Shown one piece after another: positions 61,701 through 64,000 of a stretch of 64,000 bases of DNA. Source of the stretch: Chlorokybus atmophyticus (taxonomy: Eukaryota; Plantae; Mesostigma and Chlorokybus algae). The notes beneath the pieces were generated by a model that saw only the letters and a list, made by a program, of their open reading frames with translations, was not told where the DNA came from and did not search any database. Position numbers and translations under genes: made by a program. The stretch's first letter is position 1; each line of letters opens with the position of its first letter. The stretch is from assembly GCA_009103225.1 (NCBI GenBank), contig RHPI01001517.1, positions 260,505 to 324,504 of the forward strand, written 5' to 3'.

Positions 61701-62710
61701 GGTGTTGCATAGAATGAATAGAGAGTGGTGTAGAGGTTGCGAGCTTGAGGTAGGGGATGGAGTAATGTCGCCAACCATTAGGCCTGTATAGATCTCGGGT
61801 CTATGCTCGGTAAGCAGGAGAAGAGACGGGGAGATGTTTGTTGTTGAGGTGCGTATGAGCATAGAAACTGGCTGCGCAGAAGCCCGAGCTGGTATTGGCA
61901 TAACATGGCCCGTTGCTGAAGTGACTGCTTGTAGGGTGAGAGAGGGTGGGATGAGGATGGCAGAGGTGTTACATTTGTTGTTGTTGTCAACGATGGTGGT
62001 GGTGCTGTTGCCACTATTGACCACGGGGCCTTTAACGACACTGGCAGACTTGCAATGTTTACATTTACACAAAACATGCAAGGATGCACCAGCTTTCACC
62101 GTTTTGGTCGCACCAATGGCATGGCCCAAGTGTGTGCTGCTGCACGGACGATCCCCTCCCGATGCCTAAATGGCTGCCGTCACTTAGGCCAAGATAACGC
62201 CATACCACATAAACATTTTGTATTATATATGTTTACAATAGCAATATAATAATTCGCAGCAACTTGCCCACTTGCACATGAACTTGTTCAGTGCGTTGTC
62301 AGACACGAGGCCCCACCCGCAATGATGTGCACTAATGCACCCACATCACATTGGTCTACTTTATTGCGCAAAATCACAAGGTGCATAAGGTTCAAGCCAT
62401 CAACAGTGTTCAGCCATTTAATATCGCCAAGTTGGAGTGACGCAGTATATCAGATATACAAGAAGCACAGCTACCGCGCACAAAGTGCCAATGTACAGCT
62501 GCTAGCTGTAATTATGGCTGAGCCGTTGCAGCAACTGAGCTATGCTATAATGCTAATGGCCTTCACGCCCATTTAAGGGCTTACGGCAGTAGGCGTATAG
62601 GTGCCCACTCTCCCCACGGGGATGACAAGTGCTCAAGTCAATTGACCCTCAAAGAAGCCACCTAAGAGTGATGGAGGTAGTCCTGTAGCTGCTGCGCCCT
62701 GCACCTAATG

Positions 62711-63236
62711 TGTAACAGCACCACCGTCGCCGGTGATGCCCCTTCAATCCTCTACCCCAACACCCACACCGCCTATGACAAGCCTTTCAACGGCGTGGAC
62801 GCCAGTGAGCAGAGAACCAAAAGTCCCCACATCAGATTGATGTCACCTTTTATATCAAGAGTATATCAACTATATACCTCTCGATAATTAACTCACAAAC
62901 AGACATCGACCCTACAGATAGGGTAGTTGGGAAATCTAGCGTGAGCCAATCACAGCTCAGATAAGGTACCTATCAATAAGGTACCTATCCAAAGATACCT
63001 ATCGTAAGGTACCTAACGAGATAGTGATCACATTTTATAAAATGTGACACTAAATAGGCTTGAATAAGCGGTCCTACACCCATTGGGACTTATTTAAGCT
63101 ATGATGAAGCATCATAGCCTTTAATAAGCGAGGAACCGTAGAAAAGAGGTATAAATAAGCATAATTAAATACTTATTCATACAAAATGTGTTATTTAGGT
63201 AGCAATAATACCCCTATTATTATTGCTCCCGTTACA
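62711..63236 (-). mobile_element. 3' LTR (526 bp) of the chromovirus
   Basis: On the minus strand it starts TGTAAC directly after the polypurine tract GGGGGGGAA (63245-63237) and ends GTTACA at 62711, giving 6-bp inverted termini. Confidence 0.85.
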
Positions 63237-64000
63237 TTCCCCCCCACTTAGGTTTTCCACGTCCTCGTTGAACTCAAGTTGATCAGGCTTAATTTTGAGT
63301 AATTGTATCCAGTGAGATAGCAGGAAATGACAGGGTGGTACTGAAACTGCACTGCCAGTCTGTTATAAAACCAAGCCCACAGTTTATGGGACACGACATG
63401 AATCCCAATAAGCTCGAAGCAACTCGAGGCAGTGCGTAAGATGCCTGTCGGGCTCCCAACTGTTATGTTCCGGGCCATACCCTTTCCATTTCACCAAATA
63501 GCGAGTTGCGCGTCCTCGACTATTTAGCTTATGGTTTAATATAGCTTCCACCTCGTATTTGAGCTCGCTGTCCACCTCAACTGGCGGTGGTGGAGGCTGT
63601 GTTCTACCATCTGAGCGGTAAGGTTTCAACAAGTTCACATGGAACACGTTGTGTATACGCACACTTGAGGGCAATTGCAGTCGATAAGCGTGCGTACCAA
63701 CTCTATCAGTGATAGGGAAAGGACCTAACCATCGGGGCAGCAACTTGCGAGCACCCGTACCTTTGATGGTTATGTTCTTAGCGTTAAGCAAAACTTTATC
63801 GCCGACATCGAAAGTGGCCATTCTTCGATGTGTATCAGCATAAGCTTTTTGCCTGTCCTGTGCTTCTGACAGACACAGCTTGGCTCAAGCCAAATTTTCT
63901 TGCATATTAGTGGCAAATTCCTTTGCCGCTGGTACAGTCAGGGCATTGCGAGGTACACGCAATGACGCTGGTGTGTTCGGGCGAATCCCATAATTCAAGA
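63237..64000 (-). mobile_element. Ty3/gypsy chromovirus pol C-terminus (integrase GPY/F tail plus chromodomain) and PPT; runs off the window
   Basis: FDVGDKVLL..KLLPRWLGPF..AYRLQLP..IHNVFHVNLLKPY and YEVEAILNH..YLVKWKGYGPEHNSWEP. An in-frame TGA at 63887-63885 (probably from CGA) indicates the copy is inactive. Confidence 0.96.

Noticed and set aside
1-64000. TAA/TAG-to-Gln genetic code (as in some ulvophytes) to explain stop-riddled frames
   Set aside because: Conserved genes end correctly at TAG or TAA (RPL7, RabE, U2B'', TatA, PEX14); the stops in TE remnants fit C-to-T decay.

Overview
Eukaryotic nuclear DNA from a draft assembly (three N gaps), with spliceosomal GT-AG introns and the standard genetic code. 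Plastid transit peptides (TatA, PPR, ATPase), plant-type PEX14 motifs, an RLK/Pelle remnant and a cilia-type EF-hand/WD40 gene point to a green alga, probably an early-diverging streptophyte (inference). Supported genes: tRNA-Trp(CCA), PEX14, a small PPR protein, TatA/Tha4, two tandem Rab8/RabE GTPases (one canonical, one divergent), RPL7, a cytochrome P450, a WDR49/CFAP337-like EF-hand-WD40 protein, a small orphan membrane protein, an ADP-ribosylglycohydrolase, U2B''/U1A-family snRNP protein, an NXPE-like Ig + PC-esterase protein, an RLK/Pelle pseudogene and a plastid-targeted P-loop ATPase. Mobile DNA: a decayed LTR retroelement (PBS, gag, zinc knuckle, Dam-like methylase remnant) containing an 815-bp near-perfect inverted duplication, an RLE-type non-LTR fragment, a decayed L1-like LINE and the 3' end plus LTR of a chromovirus. 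I found no clearly new multi-gene system. The strongest leads are the methylase-carrying retroelement with its hairpin-forming inversion, the NXPE-like acetyltransferase, the intron-free ARH, the divergent Rab paralog and the ATPase with a duplicated Walker B segment. All family assignments come from motif recognition by eye, without database searches. Regions about 1-1700, 6000-8400, 43600-45800 and 50300-56000 remain largely unexplained.
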